From contig NC_090375.1 in the NCBI RefSeq assembly GCF_036365525.1, positions 66,511,269 to 66,575,268 of the forward strand: a stretch of 64,000 nucleotides of DNA, given 5' to 3'. This document shows positions 28,253-42,396 of this stretch, one piece after another. Source of the DNA: Heterodontus francisci. Its lineage: Eukaryota. Both the position numbers and the translations under genes were made by a program. The notes beneath the pieces are model-generated. The model saw only the letters and a list, made by a program, of their open reading frames with translations. It searched no databases and was not told the origin of the DNA. Every line of letters begins with the position of its first letter. The first letter of the stretch is position 1.

Positions 28253-28267
28253 GTACCATCTAGTGGT
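28253..28267 (-). promoter_or_regulatory. CTCF-like motif
   Basis: Minus strand CCACTAGATGGTAC matches the CCASYAGRKGGCRS consensus with one mismatch; motif match only. Confidence 0.25.
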
Positions 28268-31200
28268 AGAAAATGTATCAGCATTTCCTTGAATCCAATT
28301 GACACGATATTGATGAAGCTGCACCTTCAGTCCTGACAAGGTCAGGGCCCATTGCCCTCCCATTGTAACTATTTCTTTGTGTATATCATAAAGGAGGACA
28401 TAGGGTTTCAGATTTCACAGATTTCAGATGTGAGTGCATGTACACAACATGGACTGAACTGAAATCCAATGTAATAAAAAGAATGCACGCAAGAAGCTGT
28501 GTCCTTGGTCATAGGCCTTTGTTAAGAGCTGTTTGTTAGTTGTACATTATGTTACTAAGATGCTAGGGGCCAGTGATTCTTGATATCCAGGGTCGTGTGC
28601 GGCCAGGAGCAACCCCGAAGTAAACCTCAGCTAAGCCTAAACACTGGAACCATTTTCTACTAGGTTTTCCTAGTAGCTGCCCTTAACGAATCTGGCAAGT
28701 TTACTTGGAGTTTGCTGTTGTATGATCGCTTTAAGAGTAATGTCCCTTTAAGAACCCAGTATGCTAATGAGCTAAGTATCAGGATGTAGTCATGTGACTA
28801 GAAGTCATAGTCACTCTGCTTGGCAATACCCTGGACAAAAGGTTCTGTATATAGTTCGCTCCGTATTGGACGTACTAGTTTAGCTGTTAATAAACCTTCT
28901 AGAGATCTTCAAGGAACTGGAATACAGATACCTCATGGTTTTGTTGAAGATAACACAAAGAAACTCATGATATGGTGGCAGCGGTGGTAAAAAGACAAGA
29001 TATAAGCTTGAAAACCATGGGTAAAACAGCAAACATGTGAAAAAACTTTAAAACAAGTACCTGAAAAGAATGAAAGAAAGCTACATACCTTAGAAGGCTA
29101 ATAAAAGCTCCATAGAATGGAAGCATAGCTGAAAAGCAAGCAATCACATAAATCATTGTGCTGACAACCAAGAAATCCCGATCAAAAAAAAAGCCTTTGA
29201 AGAGTTTTTAAAAATTCATTTTCGAAAGGGTCCGTGTGAACGAGAAAAAAAGGGGGAAACCCTGAAAAGCGCGCAAACTGAAAAAAAAGTCAGATCGTGA
29301 AAAAAGCGTGGGAAACCCCTGAGCACAGCAGAGTCTCCATTAAAGCAGTCAAACTGAAAAAAATCATTACACCAGTCAAGCGTGAAGAAGATAAATACAC
29401 TCTAGCAAAAGAAAAAGCAAAGGGGAAAACCCTTGAACTGCCTATCAAACAGCTGTGAAAACATACAAGTGAAGTGTTGAAACAGTAAAAACAGATAACA
29501 CTGTCAATCACCGGTCATACTCCGTCAAAGCAGCTAGCCTGAAAAAAAAAAAATTTCTTAAAGGGAGAACAGCGCAGAGTTAATAAAACAAGTTTTAATC
29601 TGCAAATAGAAAAGTCATAATAAGTACAGTGCTGAAGACACACACAGCACTGAACAAAGTTAAAAATAGAGCTGAAAGCAAAAGAACAGCATAAGGATGG
29701 ATATCAAATTTCACAGCATGAACTGGAAGGCCATTGATAGCCTATCCAAGTTCAAACTTTTTAAACAAAGAATGCAGTTATGCTTCATAGACCAAGCGGC
29801 TGCAGAACCAGAGAAGCAGGCTGTGAAAATATTGATAGCAGTTGGAAATGAGGGATTATACAGAATCAATACCTCTGGCTTATCTAAAGAGGACCAGAAA
29901 GATCCTGCAAAGATATGGAAAGTGCTAGAAGATTAGCTTCGGGTAAGAGTGAATTTTAGAATTCATCACCTGGAGTTGATGTCCTACAGGCAACAGCCGC
30001 AGGAATCAATAGATCAGTTCATCAGTAGATGCTGTAGTAAGGGCAACAAATGCGATTTTTCAGAAACTGAGTTGTCAGAGTGAATAATGGAGCTGGGATT
30101 GTCTCAATACCTATTTCAGTGTTTCAAAAAGACTTCTTGGGGAAAAGGCCACAGCATTGATGCTCTGCTAGAAGATGGCAGGAAATATGAAGCAATTGTA
30201 GCTGGACAACAACATCTGCAAGCAATAGGTACAGCCAACAGTATCGGCACAGTGACCAGGTCACAAAAAGCAAGCAAGCTGTGTGGTAAGTATGGTTGGT
30301 CCTGCTCACCGTGTAGTTGTCCTGCATTTCAAGATCTGTGCAAGGTGTGTGGTACAAAAGGACACTGGCCCACCTATGCAAGAAATCTGGCTCCAAAGAT
30401 GCAGCCAGAAGTCACAATAGGATACAAACAAACAGTAGACAGGTGCAGCAACATGGCAATAGCAGCAGGAGAGCGCCAAAGACCTGCGGAAACACAAGCT
30501 GATACGCAAAGTCCACAGCGAAATAGACCTGAGACAAGACTCAGAGTGGAGCAATTCTCAGCCAGAAGAAGAGCAGGCGTTTCATATTGCGAACCTGACA
30601 CATTGTTTGATTAAGTCAAACGACTGGAAGCTTTTGCTACCATTAATATCATGTTCTCGAAATTGGCAAACACACACTCAGGAAAAAGATCGACATGGGA
30701 GCTAATGCAAATATCCTACCAGTCCGAATCCTGAAGGATATGTACTGGGGTCGTTGGAAATTAATGATAAAACTGACAACTGCAAAGTTAACTGCAGACA
30801 ATGGGTCATCCATCCCCTGCAGTGGCACACAAACAATGCAATGCAGCTATGGCAAGTTGGCATGGAAACCACAAATATTTTACCTAGTAGACACAAGCAG
30901 ACCAGCAGTGGCAGGACTAACAGTGTGTAAGGATCTCAACATTGTGACTATCCACAAGATCCCCAAGGTAACCATTATAGCAGAAGAGACCAAGGGTACC
31001 TACACTGAGTCAGTCCAACACTTACAAATGTACCCGGACAGGTTCGACGCCATAGCAGACGTCAAAGGCAATGCCGTACTGCACCTCAGAGAGGATACAA
31101 TTCCATCAATTGACCCTCTCAGAAAGTGCAGCGTGCACAAGAAAAGCTAAAGCGCGAGTTGGATGACATGGAATGCAATGGCAACATCCTTTGTGTGCAT

Positions 31201-33222
31201 CATCACATAGATTGGTGCAGCTCAATTATGTGCGTGTTAAAGAAGGATGGAGCAATCAGGGTATGTCTTAGATCCATAGAGTCATAGAGTTATACAGCAC
31301 AGAAACAGGCCCTTCAGCCCATCGTGTCTGTGCCGGCCATAAAGTACCTAACTATTCTAATCCCATTTTCCAGCACTTGGCCCATAGCCTTGTATGCTAT
31401 GGCGTTTCAAGTGCTCATCTAAATACTTCTTAAATATTGTGAGTACCTGAGGCATCTAAACCACTCCCTAAAGAAATGCCCCACAAGATTCCAACACTAG
31501 AGGAATTGAATTGGAGCCAAATTCTTCTCCAGGTTGGATGCTAAACATGGATATTGATCTGTACACTTAGCTAAGGAATCTCAGGAAGTCAATACCTTCA
31601 GAACACAATTTGCAAGATATTGCTTCCAGAGACTACTCTTTGGCTTCTCTGTCAGTCAAGATCTGTTTTAGCAGAATATGGACAGAACTTTAGAAAACGT
31701 GCCTGGATGTATATGGTATTGCTGATGATATTGTGGTAATGGGCAAAACCAAAGAAGAGCATGATCGAAATCTTCATTCACTGACGGCAGTAGCTCGTCA
31801 CAAAGGGCTCGTTTTTAACAGCAAGTGCCAGGTCAAGTAAGTCAGATCAATTTCTTTGAGATTAGATTAGATTAGAGATACAGCACTGAAACAGGCCCTT
31901 CGGCCCACCGAGTCTGTGCCGAACATCAACCACCCTTTTTTATACTAATTTTATACTAATTTGGTTCCATCTATTCAAGTTGCAGAATCCATCCTAACCC
32001 TGGCAAAGTTGAAGATGCAAGGCATATGCCTACTCCACAAGACAAAGAAGATCTACAGAGATGTCTTGGAGTTTTCAACTTCTTGGCACAACACATTCCA
32101 AATTTTTCTGACAAAGCATCATCAATGAGAGAGCTCTTAAAGAAAGACGTATCATATGTATGGCAGGAGGACCATCAGCATATGTTTGAGTCTCTCAAAC
32201 AAGCATTGTCAGCAGAAACCTGTACCCTGCAGTACTATGATCCAAGGAAGAAGACAATCCTGGAAGTCGACACCTCACAGAAAGGGCTAGGAGCGTGCAT
32301 CCTGCAGGATGGCAAACCAATTGTATTCAGATCCAAAAGTTTATCCTTAGCACAATCCAATTACTCAAACGTAGAGTGTGAAACACTTGCTCTGGTGTTT
32401 GGGATCACAAGGTTCCACACTTTCCTGTTCTGTAAGCAATTCACTGTGGAAACCTACCACAAACCACTGGAGGTGATCTGGCGCAAACCATTGACAAGCG
32501 CACCACCTCGACTACAGCAGCTCTTAGTGAAAGTACAGGGGTACGACTTCAACGTCTACTACAAACCTCGGATAAGTTGAGCAGATTGCCAAATCTGAAC
32601 AAGAATGAAGAAGTCCCACTAGATCTACAAGTAGACAGCATGGACAACGAGGTGGAAGATGTGCTCAAAATCGATTTATTACATTTTGGTCAGCACAAAT
32701 GTGACCAACTGCAATCAAAAACAGCCAATGACCCCACAACTGAAGGCGCTGTGGAGAGTCATCATAGAAGGATAGCCTGATACGATAAAAGAGGTATCAG
32801 AAACCCTCAGATGCTTTTGGCCTTATCGAGATGAACTTGGTACCTCAAGAGGTGTAGCCTTCAAGGGAAAACAAGTGATTGTGCCCAAAGCTCTCCCACA
32901 GGACATCTTGTCACAACTTCACCAAGGCCATATAGGTATAGAAAGAACAAGACAACTGGCACGAGACACTATTTATTGATCAGGGATCAACGATGATATG
33001 AAAAGTTAGTGAGGATATGCGAGGCTGCCAGAGCCACCAGCCACAACAACGTAAAGAAAGTCTACATCCTCACGTGATTCTGTCAGACCCTTGGTCCAAA
33101 ATTGCCACTGATCTATTTACTGTGAATGGAGACGACTTTATCTTAGTCACCGATTATTTCTCCAAATTTCCAATTGTCAGACATGTAAAAGACACTTCAA
33201 GTTTGCTTGTCACAGACACATT

Positions 33223-33994
33223 GGGCTGGATTTTGTTCTCCCCAAGCGTCATTATCCATGGCGTTGGGTGCCTGAAGATGGCTCCGGATGAGGCCTGCCA
33301 CGGACCTTGATGCCGTGAGGGCCCAGCCCGATCATCCCGGTGGCAGCAAGACTCCGTGGTGGCTTCCCCACTGCTGGGCAACGGGCCACAATTAACATAC
33401 TCAAATGAATAAAATTATTAAATTTAAATAGACTTACCTGCGATCTTGAGGGCCCGCTGCGATCTTCAGCGCGGTGGCCGGCAGTCACGCACCTTCAGAT
33501 CCCCATCCGGGGAAATGCGGCGCCACACTGGTGGGGAGGGGGAGGAGGTAGGTTTATCAGTGTGGGAGGAGTGGGGATGAGGTCAAATATACGTAATGGG
33601 TGTAGGGGATGATGGAAAGGGTTGAACCTTAAACTTTGTGCAGTTTTAGGGGGGAAGGTCAGACGTAAAAGGTAAATGTTTTGGGGGAGGGAAAGGGCAA
33701 ATAGTTATTGTAATTATTATTGGGGGGTGGGAAAGGAGCGTTAGAAATTTATTTCTTTAATTTTGGGGGTAGGACTTCAAAAATTTAAATTGGATGGCTG
33801 GGCTGGCTGCCCTTTAAAAATGGCACCAGGTGTACCTGCACACACGCAGTTGACGCCATTGCCAGGCATGGACAGCCCGCCCCCTCCATGAAATTGGGCG
33901 CGGGGTGGGCGCTCCGGCTAATTAACTGAGCCAGCATGTTTGACATTGCAGCAGTTCTTTATTTTTTGAGCTCGCCGCTCTTAAAATCCAAACC
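33223..33994. mobile_element. Harbinger-type MITE inside Gypsy integrase
   Basis: Terminal inverted repeats GGGCTGGATTTT / AAAATCCAAACC, 3-bp TSD ATT. Confidence 0.85.
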
Positions 33995-34065
33995 ATTGAG
34001 TGCCATATTCAATAAGTAGAACAGAAGGTGCTGGAAATACTCAGCAGATCAGGTGGAGACAGAAG

Positions 34066-34106
34066 TAGAGTTAACGTTTCAGGTCTGTGTCCTTTCATCA
34101 GAACCT
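34066..34106 (-). ncRNA. Minimal hammerhead ribozyme core in a Penelope-derived short insertion
   Basis: Minus strand reads GGTT-CTGATGA-AAGGACACAGACCT-GAAACGTT-AACTCT: CUGAUGA and GAAA core, stem II, palindromic AACGTT stem III, short stem I. Confidence 0.7.
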
Positions 34107-36167
34107 TATTCAGTGCCATATTTAATCTGTTTGGTGCACCTGGAGAAATTATTTCTGAAAATGGGCCACAGTATACGGGCAGACCTTTCAGGGACGTGTG
34201 CGCCAAATGGGGCGTAAACCATGTGACATCCTCACCACATTAACCTAGATCCAATGGTATTGCCAAGTGAATGGTTCGCACAGTTAAATCGCTAATCCTG
34301 AAGTGTAGGACAACGAAGCAAGTTTTTCATGTCGTCATGTTACACCTCAGAGCTACACCTATGGATAAGCACTTACAGTCACCAGCAGAGATCATGTTTG
34401 GCAGACACAAGTGAGAACGATTCTGCTGAGCCATCATGTGTCCAAATTCTCCAAGATGCAGGCGACACAGCTCGAGAAACAAGGGAGAATGAAAATGATG
34501 CATGACTGACATGCAGAGACGGAACTAGCTCAACTACATGTAGGACAAAAAGTCAGGGTCATTCACCCCACAATGAGAACATGGCTACCTGCAGAGGTAT
34601 CCAAAGTATGCAGTGAGCCTAGGTCCTACGCGATTACAACATCTAATGCATCAGTGTTGAGGAGGAAACAAAGCCAACTGAGAGAAGTGTGCCATACTCC
34701 AGCTGTGCACAGCAGACTCGAATGAACACAGTGCGAAGATGAGGGTGTGATGGAACAACAGGACAACAACCAACATATTGACAACATGTCTGCAAACCAA
34801 GAACAGCCAAGGGTGAAATCCACATCCCCAGAAGGTTATACTATAACAAGGTCTGGAAGAGTTGTTAAACCACCGAAACAATATATGGACTGTTATGCTT
34901 CTGCACTCATATATTTCACAATCCTTATCTTTATACTTGTAAATTTTATTATCTCTATCCCTATATAACTAATTTTGATGATTATCCAATTTTATGTGTT
35001 TATACTTATAGCTTACAAGACTTATCTTTGGAAAGAGAAGAGATATTGTATGATCGCTTTAAGAACTCAGTATGCTAATGAGCTAAGTACCAGGATGTAG
35101 TCATGTGACTAGAAGCCATAGTCACTCTGCATGGCAACACCCTGGACAAAATGTTCTGTATATAGTTTGCTCTGTATTGTATGCACTAGTTTAGCTGTTA
35201 ATAAACCTAGAGATCTTCAAGGAACTGGGATCCACGTACCTCATTGTGCTGCTTAAGGTAACACAAAGAAACTCATGACGTTTGCCATAGATTATGTGAC
35301 ATCTGCATGTCAGGAACTGCACCTTGCATCCCACAAAGAGCAATATTAAAACACCTTTAAGCAATATGATCTCTAAATGTCAGACACCTAAATGTCCAAA
35401 AATAAAAGTTCATCCCAATGGGTCTTTCGTTTGCAATACATCTTTTCGTAAAGCATCTGTTAGGCATATAAAACAGATCAGGCTGTAGACTTTCAACAGT
35501 AAGGGCTGAATTTAACATCAGAAGTGGTGGCCCCGACACTGGGCTGGAAAGCCGCGGGCAACCCCGCCATGGCCATTTCCAGGAGCCCCGATGCAATCTA
35601 TGCCCATCAAGCAATTAACTGGCTGGCGTAGGGACTCCTGTCCCTCTAAGGGTGGAGATCCCTCCTCCATGTGCTACCAGTCAATCAGAGATTGGATAGA
35701 ACAGGCTACAGAACCCAGATAAGTGGGGTTGGGCTTGCTGGGCCTAGTCAGGCAGGTCCCGGCGGTAGTAGTGGGGAGGTGTCTTTGGTAAGTGCAGTGG
35801 GGGGTGGTGGTTCAGTGGAGGCGGCCCTTTCTGCCAGGGGGGACCCTCTGTGGGCCACACGGTGCCTGATCGGGGGCGCCCCAACCCCAAGCCCGCAGAG
35901 AGGCCGCCAGCTTTTACGGGTACAATATCAGCAGCAGCAGGAAGAGGCCCTTAAGCAGCCCTTATTTGGCCACTTAAGGGCCTCAATTGGCCTTGAGGCA
36001 GGAAGGCCTTCTTCGACCTTCCCCGTCCTTGAATGAATTGGACAGACGGTCACTCCACTCATCACAACCTCCCCCTGCCCCCCCTCCTTCCAATGCCTTC
36101 CCTTCTGATTCTATGGCACATTATTATTAATAATAATAACTACAGCATGCACAATGCAATTTCTGAC

Positions 36168-36295
36168 CTTTCCATGGCGTCCTGAATCCAGATCAGTTGC
36201 CGATACCTGTACAACTGACATGCCAACTGCAGCACCTTCAGGGACCGTGGCCTCATAAGTGGATGAGGTAAAGAAAGGAACATTATCGTTCACAT
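36168..36295 (-). CDS. Type III cadherin exon 4
   Basis: CAG|AT...AAG|GTCAGA, 128 nt, phase 1 to 0; DVNDNVPFFTSSTYEATVPEG...SATDLDSGRHGK. Confidence 0.92.
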
Positions 36296-36714
36296 CTGAA
36301 AATTGAACAACCAAAGAGACCAAAGTGTACTTTATCTCGTAGCACAACAAAAGAAGGAACCTTGTGTAGTCATAGGGCCAACATTATTAACATTATTGCA
36401 TTTTATTTAAGAAAACTGTTTTAAAAGAATCACCCAACACAGATCACACAATGAGCTGAGGAACATCATTGCAAAAGAAAGTGCACACTGAGGAAAGATC
36501 ATTTTGCCAATCAAGTCTGCTTCTCCCATAGATCATGTACAATATATCATATCAATAGCCCACTTTCTTCCAATAATTTTCTTCCCTATTTTTCTGGAAA
36601 CTGTAAAAATAATATTGAAAAAGCTCAGCAATAGAGGGGAACCTTCTAAGATGCCAAAGACATGAGCAGATAGACTGGGAAACAGCATTTAAATTTGGGA
36701 TATTTCAAACATAC

Positions 36715-36964
36715 CTGTCACGTTGACATAGATGGTGGTGAAGGAAGCTAATGGAACTGCAGCCACATTCTGAGCCCTGACTCTAAGTGTGAAAAACTTT
36801 GTTCCCTCAAAATCCAGTGGTTCTGCCACTAAAATTGAGGCAGATCCATCTGCACGATTTGGTTTGAGGTAGAATCGGACTGGCATGTTTGTTTCTGGAA
36901 CCTGACCTTCTTCCAGGTTGTAGGTAACTCTTGGATCTCCAAGAGGAGATGTTGCCTTGATAGT
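36715..36964 (-). CDS. Type III cadherin exon 3
   Basis: TTAG|ACT...ACAG|GTATGT, 250 nt, phase 0 to 1; TIKATSPLGDPRVTYNL...PLDFEGTKFFTLRVRAQN...IYVNVT. Confidence 0.92.
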
Positions 36965-37714
36965 CTAAAATAACAAAAGATAAAAATTTAACATTAAACA
37001 CACGACAATCACTATTCAGAACAGTCTGAAAACAATTACATTCCTCACTCTGAATAAAGGAAAGTATGTGCAACAGCTACATTCCTACACCTATTATGCT
37101 TGGTTGGTGGGGGGGGGGGGTAGTGCGGGAAAGCTGGGGTTGTATGTTATTTATATTTTCTTGTCATCCTCCTTATAGGTTTCGGACAGCATGGACATGA
37201 TGGGCCGAGGGCCTGTTTCTGTGCTGTATAACTGTGTGTCTCTAAGACTCTATGACTCTATGACAGGTAGCTTGCTCTTAGTCCTTTCAATGATACTCTG
37301 TAACCAACAGCTAGAAAATGCACAGGTACAGTGTGCAGCCACGCATCTTTTGATATCCCTTGTCTCTGGACAAGAACCTGGACTCAACTTGTAACTGACA
37401 CATAGGCCAAAATTTTCCCAGCCAGGTGGAGGTGGGTTCCAGTTTGTGGAGTGGGAAAATTCCACAAAGTGGCATCGGATTGGGAATCTGTCATTCTGCC
37501 TTTTTCTGCTTTCCCCGGGCTGAGTTCCGTCCAGCTGGGAAACCCCATGGGTCTGGTGAGAAAGTGATTGAGGTGATTAAATAGGCAATTAAGAGCCTTT
37601 TTAACCATCAATTCCTTCTTTCCCAATGCTGCACAGCTCCCACGCTGTGTCTGCAACTCGCCAAGGTCACCAAGGTGACTGTAGAGCAGGAGGAATATTT
37701 TTATTTGTTTATGG

Positions 37715-38878
37715 GTTGTGGGTATCACTGGCAAGGCCAGCATTTATTGCCTATCCCTAATTTCCTTGAGAAGGTGGTGGTCTTGAACCACTACATCCAC
37801 AGTGTTGTTAGGGAGGGAGTTCCAGGATTTTGACCCAACGAAAGTGAAGGAATGGCGATATAGTTCCAAGTCAGGATGGTGTGTGACTTGGAGGGGAACG
37901 TACAAGTGGTGGTGTTCCCATGCATTTGCTGCCCTTGTTCTGCTAGGTGGTATTTGGAATTTGCTGACAAAGAAGGCTTGGGAGTTGCTGCAGTTCATCT
38001 TGTAGATGGTACACACTGCTGCCACTGTGCACCGGTGATGGAGGGAGTGAATATTTAAGGTGGTGGATCAGTGCACCTTCCCTCCATCATAAGGTCAGAG
38101 GTCGGGATGTTTGCTGATGATTGAACAGTATTCAGTACCATTTGTAACTCCACAGATACTGAAGCAGTTTGTGCCTGCATGCAGCAAGACCAGGACAACA
38201 CATAGGCTTGGGCTGATGTGGCAAGTAACATTCATGTCACATAAGTAATGACCATCTCCGCTGATCAAGTGAGCTGCTTTGTCCAGGCTGGTGTCAAGCT
38301 TCTTGAGTGTTGTTGGAGCAGCACTCATCCAGGCAACTGGAGAGAATTCCATCACACTCTTGACTTGTGCCTTATTGTAGATGGTGGACAGACTTTGGGG
38401 AGACAGGAGGTGAGTTACTTGCTGCAAAATTCCCAGTCTCTGACCTGCTCTTCTAGCCACAGTATTTACATGGCTGGTCCAGTTAAGTTTCTGGTCAATG
38501 GTAAACTCCAGGATATTGATGGTGGGGATTCAGCGATGGTAATGCCATTGGACATTAAGGGGAGATGTTTAGATTCTTTCATGTTGGAGATGGTCATTAC
38601 TTATGTGGCATGAATGTTACTTGCCACTTATCAGCCCAAGCCTGAATGTTGTCTTGCTGCATATGGGCACAAACCTCTTCAGTATCTGTGGAGTCACAAA
38701 TGGTACTGAACACTCTGCAGACATCGGTAAACATCCTGACTTCTGACCTTATGATGGAGGGAAGCTCACTGATGAAGCAGCTGAAGATGGTTGGGCCTAG
38801 GACACTACCATGTGAAACTCCTGCAGCGATGTCCTGGGGCTGAGATTATTGGCCTCCAGCAACAACAATAATCTTCCT
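37715..38878 (-). mobile_element. Second-family CR1-clade LINE 3' part with internal inverted duplication
   Basis: Same 3' end and RT motifs as the 20728 copy; segment 38077-38259 is inverted. Confidence 0.85.
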
Positions 38879-39685
38879 GCAATTTAGAAGTTCCATATTT
38901 TTTTGAAAATGAGGTTCACAGGCCTTTGATGACATCCATAGATTCCAGCTGCAACTGTTTTAATTATGTTCACAATGAAAAATTACAGTCATATTAACAA
39001 CGAGATTCTAATTTTGTCTTGAGTTAATAAATCTCTCAAGCTGTTCATTGTTTCCTCACATTCCTCTTCACTTTTGGGAGTTTCATGCTGCACTCTGACC
39101 TTTACATATGCCATGAATGATTCATTTAAAATTCAGCCATGATACTGTCTAATTAGATTCATGAAGCACCCTAAGTACCTCATTAGTTTTAACAAGGAAT
39201 ATTTTAGATGTTTAGAAACTAATTTCTATGCAGATTGATGAGCCTGTGCTCCAATCACATAATTAGTCGATCATTAAGATAATACAGTAATTGTAATTTT
39301 AAAATGCAGCTCAACTCGCTACTTCGTAAGATACACTTCATACAGGTGAATCCTCCAGGGGTGTAATTATGAAAAGAAATAGCATCATACTTTCTGAATT
39401 CTTGTAATGTATTTCATAATCTGATTGCCTGTAAATAATGAGGAGGAAGAAGAGGAAGATTTTTCCACTACTCTATTTAAACATACAGATATTTTGTGCT
39501 TCAGTGTTCTGTGCCTCAGAGCAGAGGTATCTATATTCCCGCTAATTCCTCACAAAATTGGAAGTGAAAGATCAGAAGTTGTATCATCCCCAGGCAACTT
39601 AAAAGGCAATTAGAACCAAGTACCTGCTTACTTCACAGCCACAAAATAGTGTGTGGTCCATGAGGGGTAAGTGCAAAGATTTTTT

Positions 39686-42396
39686 TCTTTCACGGGATGT
39701 GGGCGTCACTGGCCAGGCCAGCATTTATTGCCCATACCTAATTGCACTTGAGAAGGTGATGCTGAGCTGCCTTCTTGAACCACTGCAGTACATGTGGCAT
39801 AGGGACACCCATAGTGCTGCTAGGGAGGGAGTTCCAGGATTTTGACCCAGCGACAGTGAAGGAACGGCGATATAGTTCCAAGTGAGGATGGTGTGTGGCT
39901 TGGAGGGGAACTTACAGGTGGTGGTGTTCCCATGCATCTGCTGCTCTTGTCCTTCTAGGTGGTAAAGGTCGCGGGTTTGGAAGGTGCTGCCGAAGGAATC
40001 TTGGCCAGTTGCCGCAGTGAATCTTGTAGAGGTACACACTGCTGCCACTGTGCGTCGGTGGTGGAGGGAGTGAATGTTGAGGGGGGTGGATGGGGTGCCA
40101 ATCAAGCGGGCTGCTTTATCCTGGATGGTGCACTCATCCAGGCAAGTGGAGAGTATTCCATCACATTCCTGACTTGTGGCTTGTAGATGGTGGACAGGCT
40201 TTGGGGAGTCAGGAGGTGAGTTACCGCAGAATTCCCAGCCTCTGATCTGCTCTTGTAGCCACGATATTTATATGGCTACTCCAGTTCAGTTTCTGGTCAA
40301 TGGTAACCCTCAGGATATTGATGGTGTGGGACTCAGCAATGGTAATGCCATTGAATGTCAAGGGGAAATGGTTTGATTCTCTCTTGTTGAAGATGGTCAT
40401 TGCCTGGCACTTGTGTAGCACTAATGTTACTTGCCACTCATCAGCCCAAGCCTGAATGTTATCCAGGTTATCTGCATATGGACACGGACTGCTTCAGTAT
40501 CTGAGGAGTTGTGAATGGTGCTGAACATGGTGTAATCATCAGCAAACATCCCCACTTCTGACCTTATGAAGGAGGGAAGGTCATTTATGAAGCAGCTGAA
40601 GAAAGTTGGGCCCAGGACACTATCCTGAGGAACTCCTACAGTGATGTCCTGGGAATGAGATGATTGACCTCAAACAACCACAACCATCTTCCTTTGCGCT
40701 AGGTATGATTCTAGCCAATGGAGAGTTTTTCCCCTGATTCCCATTGACTCCAGTTTTGCTAGGGCTCCTTGATGCCAAACTCGGTCAAATGCTGCCTTGA
40801 GGTCATGCACAGTCACTCTCACTTCACCTCTTGATTTCAGCTCTTTTGTCCACATTTGGACCAAGGCTGTAATGAGGTCAACTGCTGAGTGGCCCTGGCG
40901 GAATCCAAACTGAGCGTCAGTGAGCAGGTTATTGCTGAGTAAGTGCTGCTTGCTAGCACTGTCGATGACCTCTTCCATCACTTTGCCGATGATCGAGAGT
41001 AGACTGACGGGCCGGTAATTACCTGGGTTGGATTTGTCCTGCTTTTTGTGGAAAGGACAGGGTTTTGCAACATAGGCCCTGCAGGCCTGGATCCAGCCCA
41101 CCAAAGGTTTCCACCTGGCCTGCATATTTATTTCAGAGATGCAAAATTTTACAGTCTTCTTTTTTCAGACTGGCTTTTTAAAAAAATTTGCGCTGAGTTT
41201 AAGCTGACAGGTGCTGGGAGCGGGAACAGCAGTTTCTGAACTTCAGACCGATTCGGGGTTTTCAGGTGGGTTCCAACTGTTTTTTAAAAGCCTGCCGGAA
41301 AACCCCAAATTTGTCCCAAGTTCAGAAACCCTGTTCCTGATGTCACCACTTGTCAGCTGTGAAACTGACAGCGCAATATATAAAAAAACTGACCAATCAC
41401 AAAGCTACTGTGTTGAATGTTCCCGCTCCATACAACTGTCAGAGACAGAGAGAGACTGAAGGCGAGTTAGAGGAACAGAGAGAGAGGAGGGGAGAGAGAG
41501 AGGGAGAGAGAGAGAGGGGGCAGAGAGAGAGATGGGGGAACAGAGAGAGGGGGGACAGACAGAGAGAGAGATGGGGCAGAGAGAGAGAGAAGCAGAGAGA
41601 GGGGGGGACAGAGAGAGAGAGAGAGATAGGGCAGAGAGAGAGGGGGGACAGAGAGAGAAAGGGCGGACAGAGATTGAGGGGGGACGCAGAGAGCGAGGAT
41701 GACACAGAGAGGGGGGAACAACACAAAGGGTGAAACACAGGGAGATTGAGAGAGAGAGAGAAAGAGAAAGGGAGAGAAAGTGATCAAGGTCACTCCTGAC
41801 AGATGGACATCTCTCTGGAATACTCCGCATCACTACAAGTGTGCAGGCAAACATTGACTACTTGTGCAAGCAAAGAAATGCCAGGTATCTCATTAAATCA
41901 GTGTCCAACATAGTGATGAGAAAGTAAGTCAATAAATTAATCTTCTCATTTAAAGATTCTTCATAAAAATGCACATTTGTTGTTTTGATCAATAGTAAGA
42001 TAAATTTTTAATGCCTTGATCTTTCTGAAACTGTCTCACTAGCCCCCGACGTAAGACAAAAATTTTCATGTGTCCCCCCCTCACCTGAAAAGGTTGGACA
42101 ACCCTGGTACAGGACATACCTGGGCAATTTTCCACATTATCAGGTAGATAATAGTGCTGTAGCTGTACTGGAACAGCTTGGCTAGGGGCACGGCCAGTTC
42201 TGGAGCACAAGTCTTCAGCACTATTGCTGGAATGTTGTCAGGGCCCATAGCTTTTGCAGTAGCCAGTGCCTCACGTGGAGTGAATCGGATTGGCTGAAGA
42301 CGGGCATCTTTGATGCTGGGGACCTCAGAAGGAGGCTGAGATGGATCATCCACTCGGCACTTCTGACTGAAGATGGATGCAAATGCTTCAGCCTTG
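39686..42396 (-). mobile_element. Second-family CR1-clade LINE pieces (about 39686-41050 and 42107-42396)
   Basis: KQDKSNPGNYRPVSLLS, QFGFRQGHS, DLKAAFDRVWH, KAMGPDNIPAIVLK. Confidence 0.87.
41443..41780. repeat. Degenerate (GA)n / polypurine low-complexity tract
   Basis: About 340 bp of near-pure A/G on the plus strand with recurring GGGGGACAGAGAGAG units. Confidence 0.95.

Larger units (their letters stand above)
28716..35280 (+). mobile_element. Full-length degenerate Ty3/Gypsy LTR retrotransposon with nested insertions
   Basis: LTRs 28716-28972 and 35044-35280; 5-bp TSD TTTGC; PBS TGGTGGCAGCGGTGG 28973-28987 (tRNA-Leu); purine tract before 35044; gag, protease, RT, RNase H (32026-32580) and integrase remnants with many stops and frameshifts. 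Confidence 0.93.

Noticed and set aside
41350-41854. Four overlapping ORFs of 99-149 aa (ER-rich or SL-rich)
   Set aside because: Translations of the (GA)n low-complexity tract
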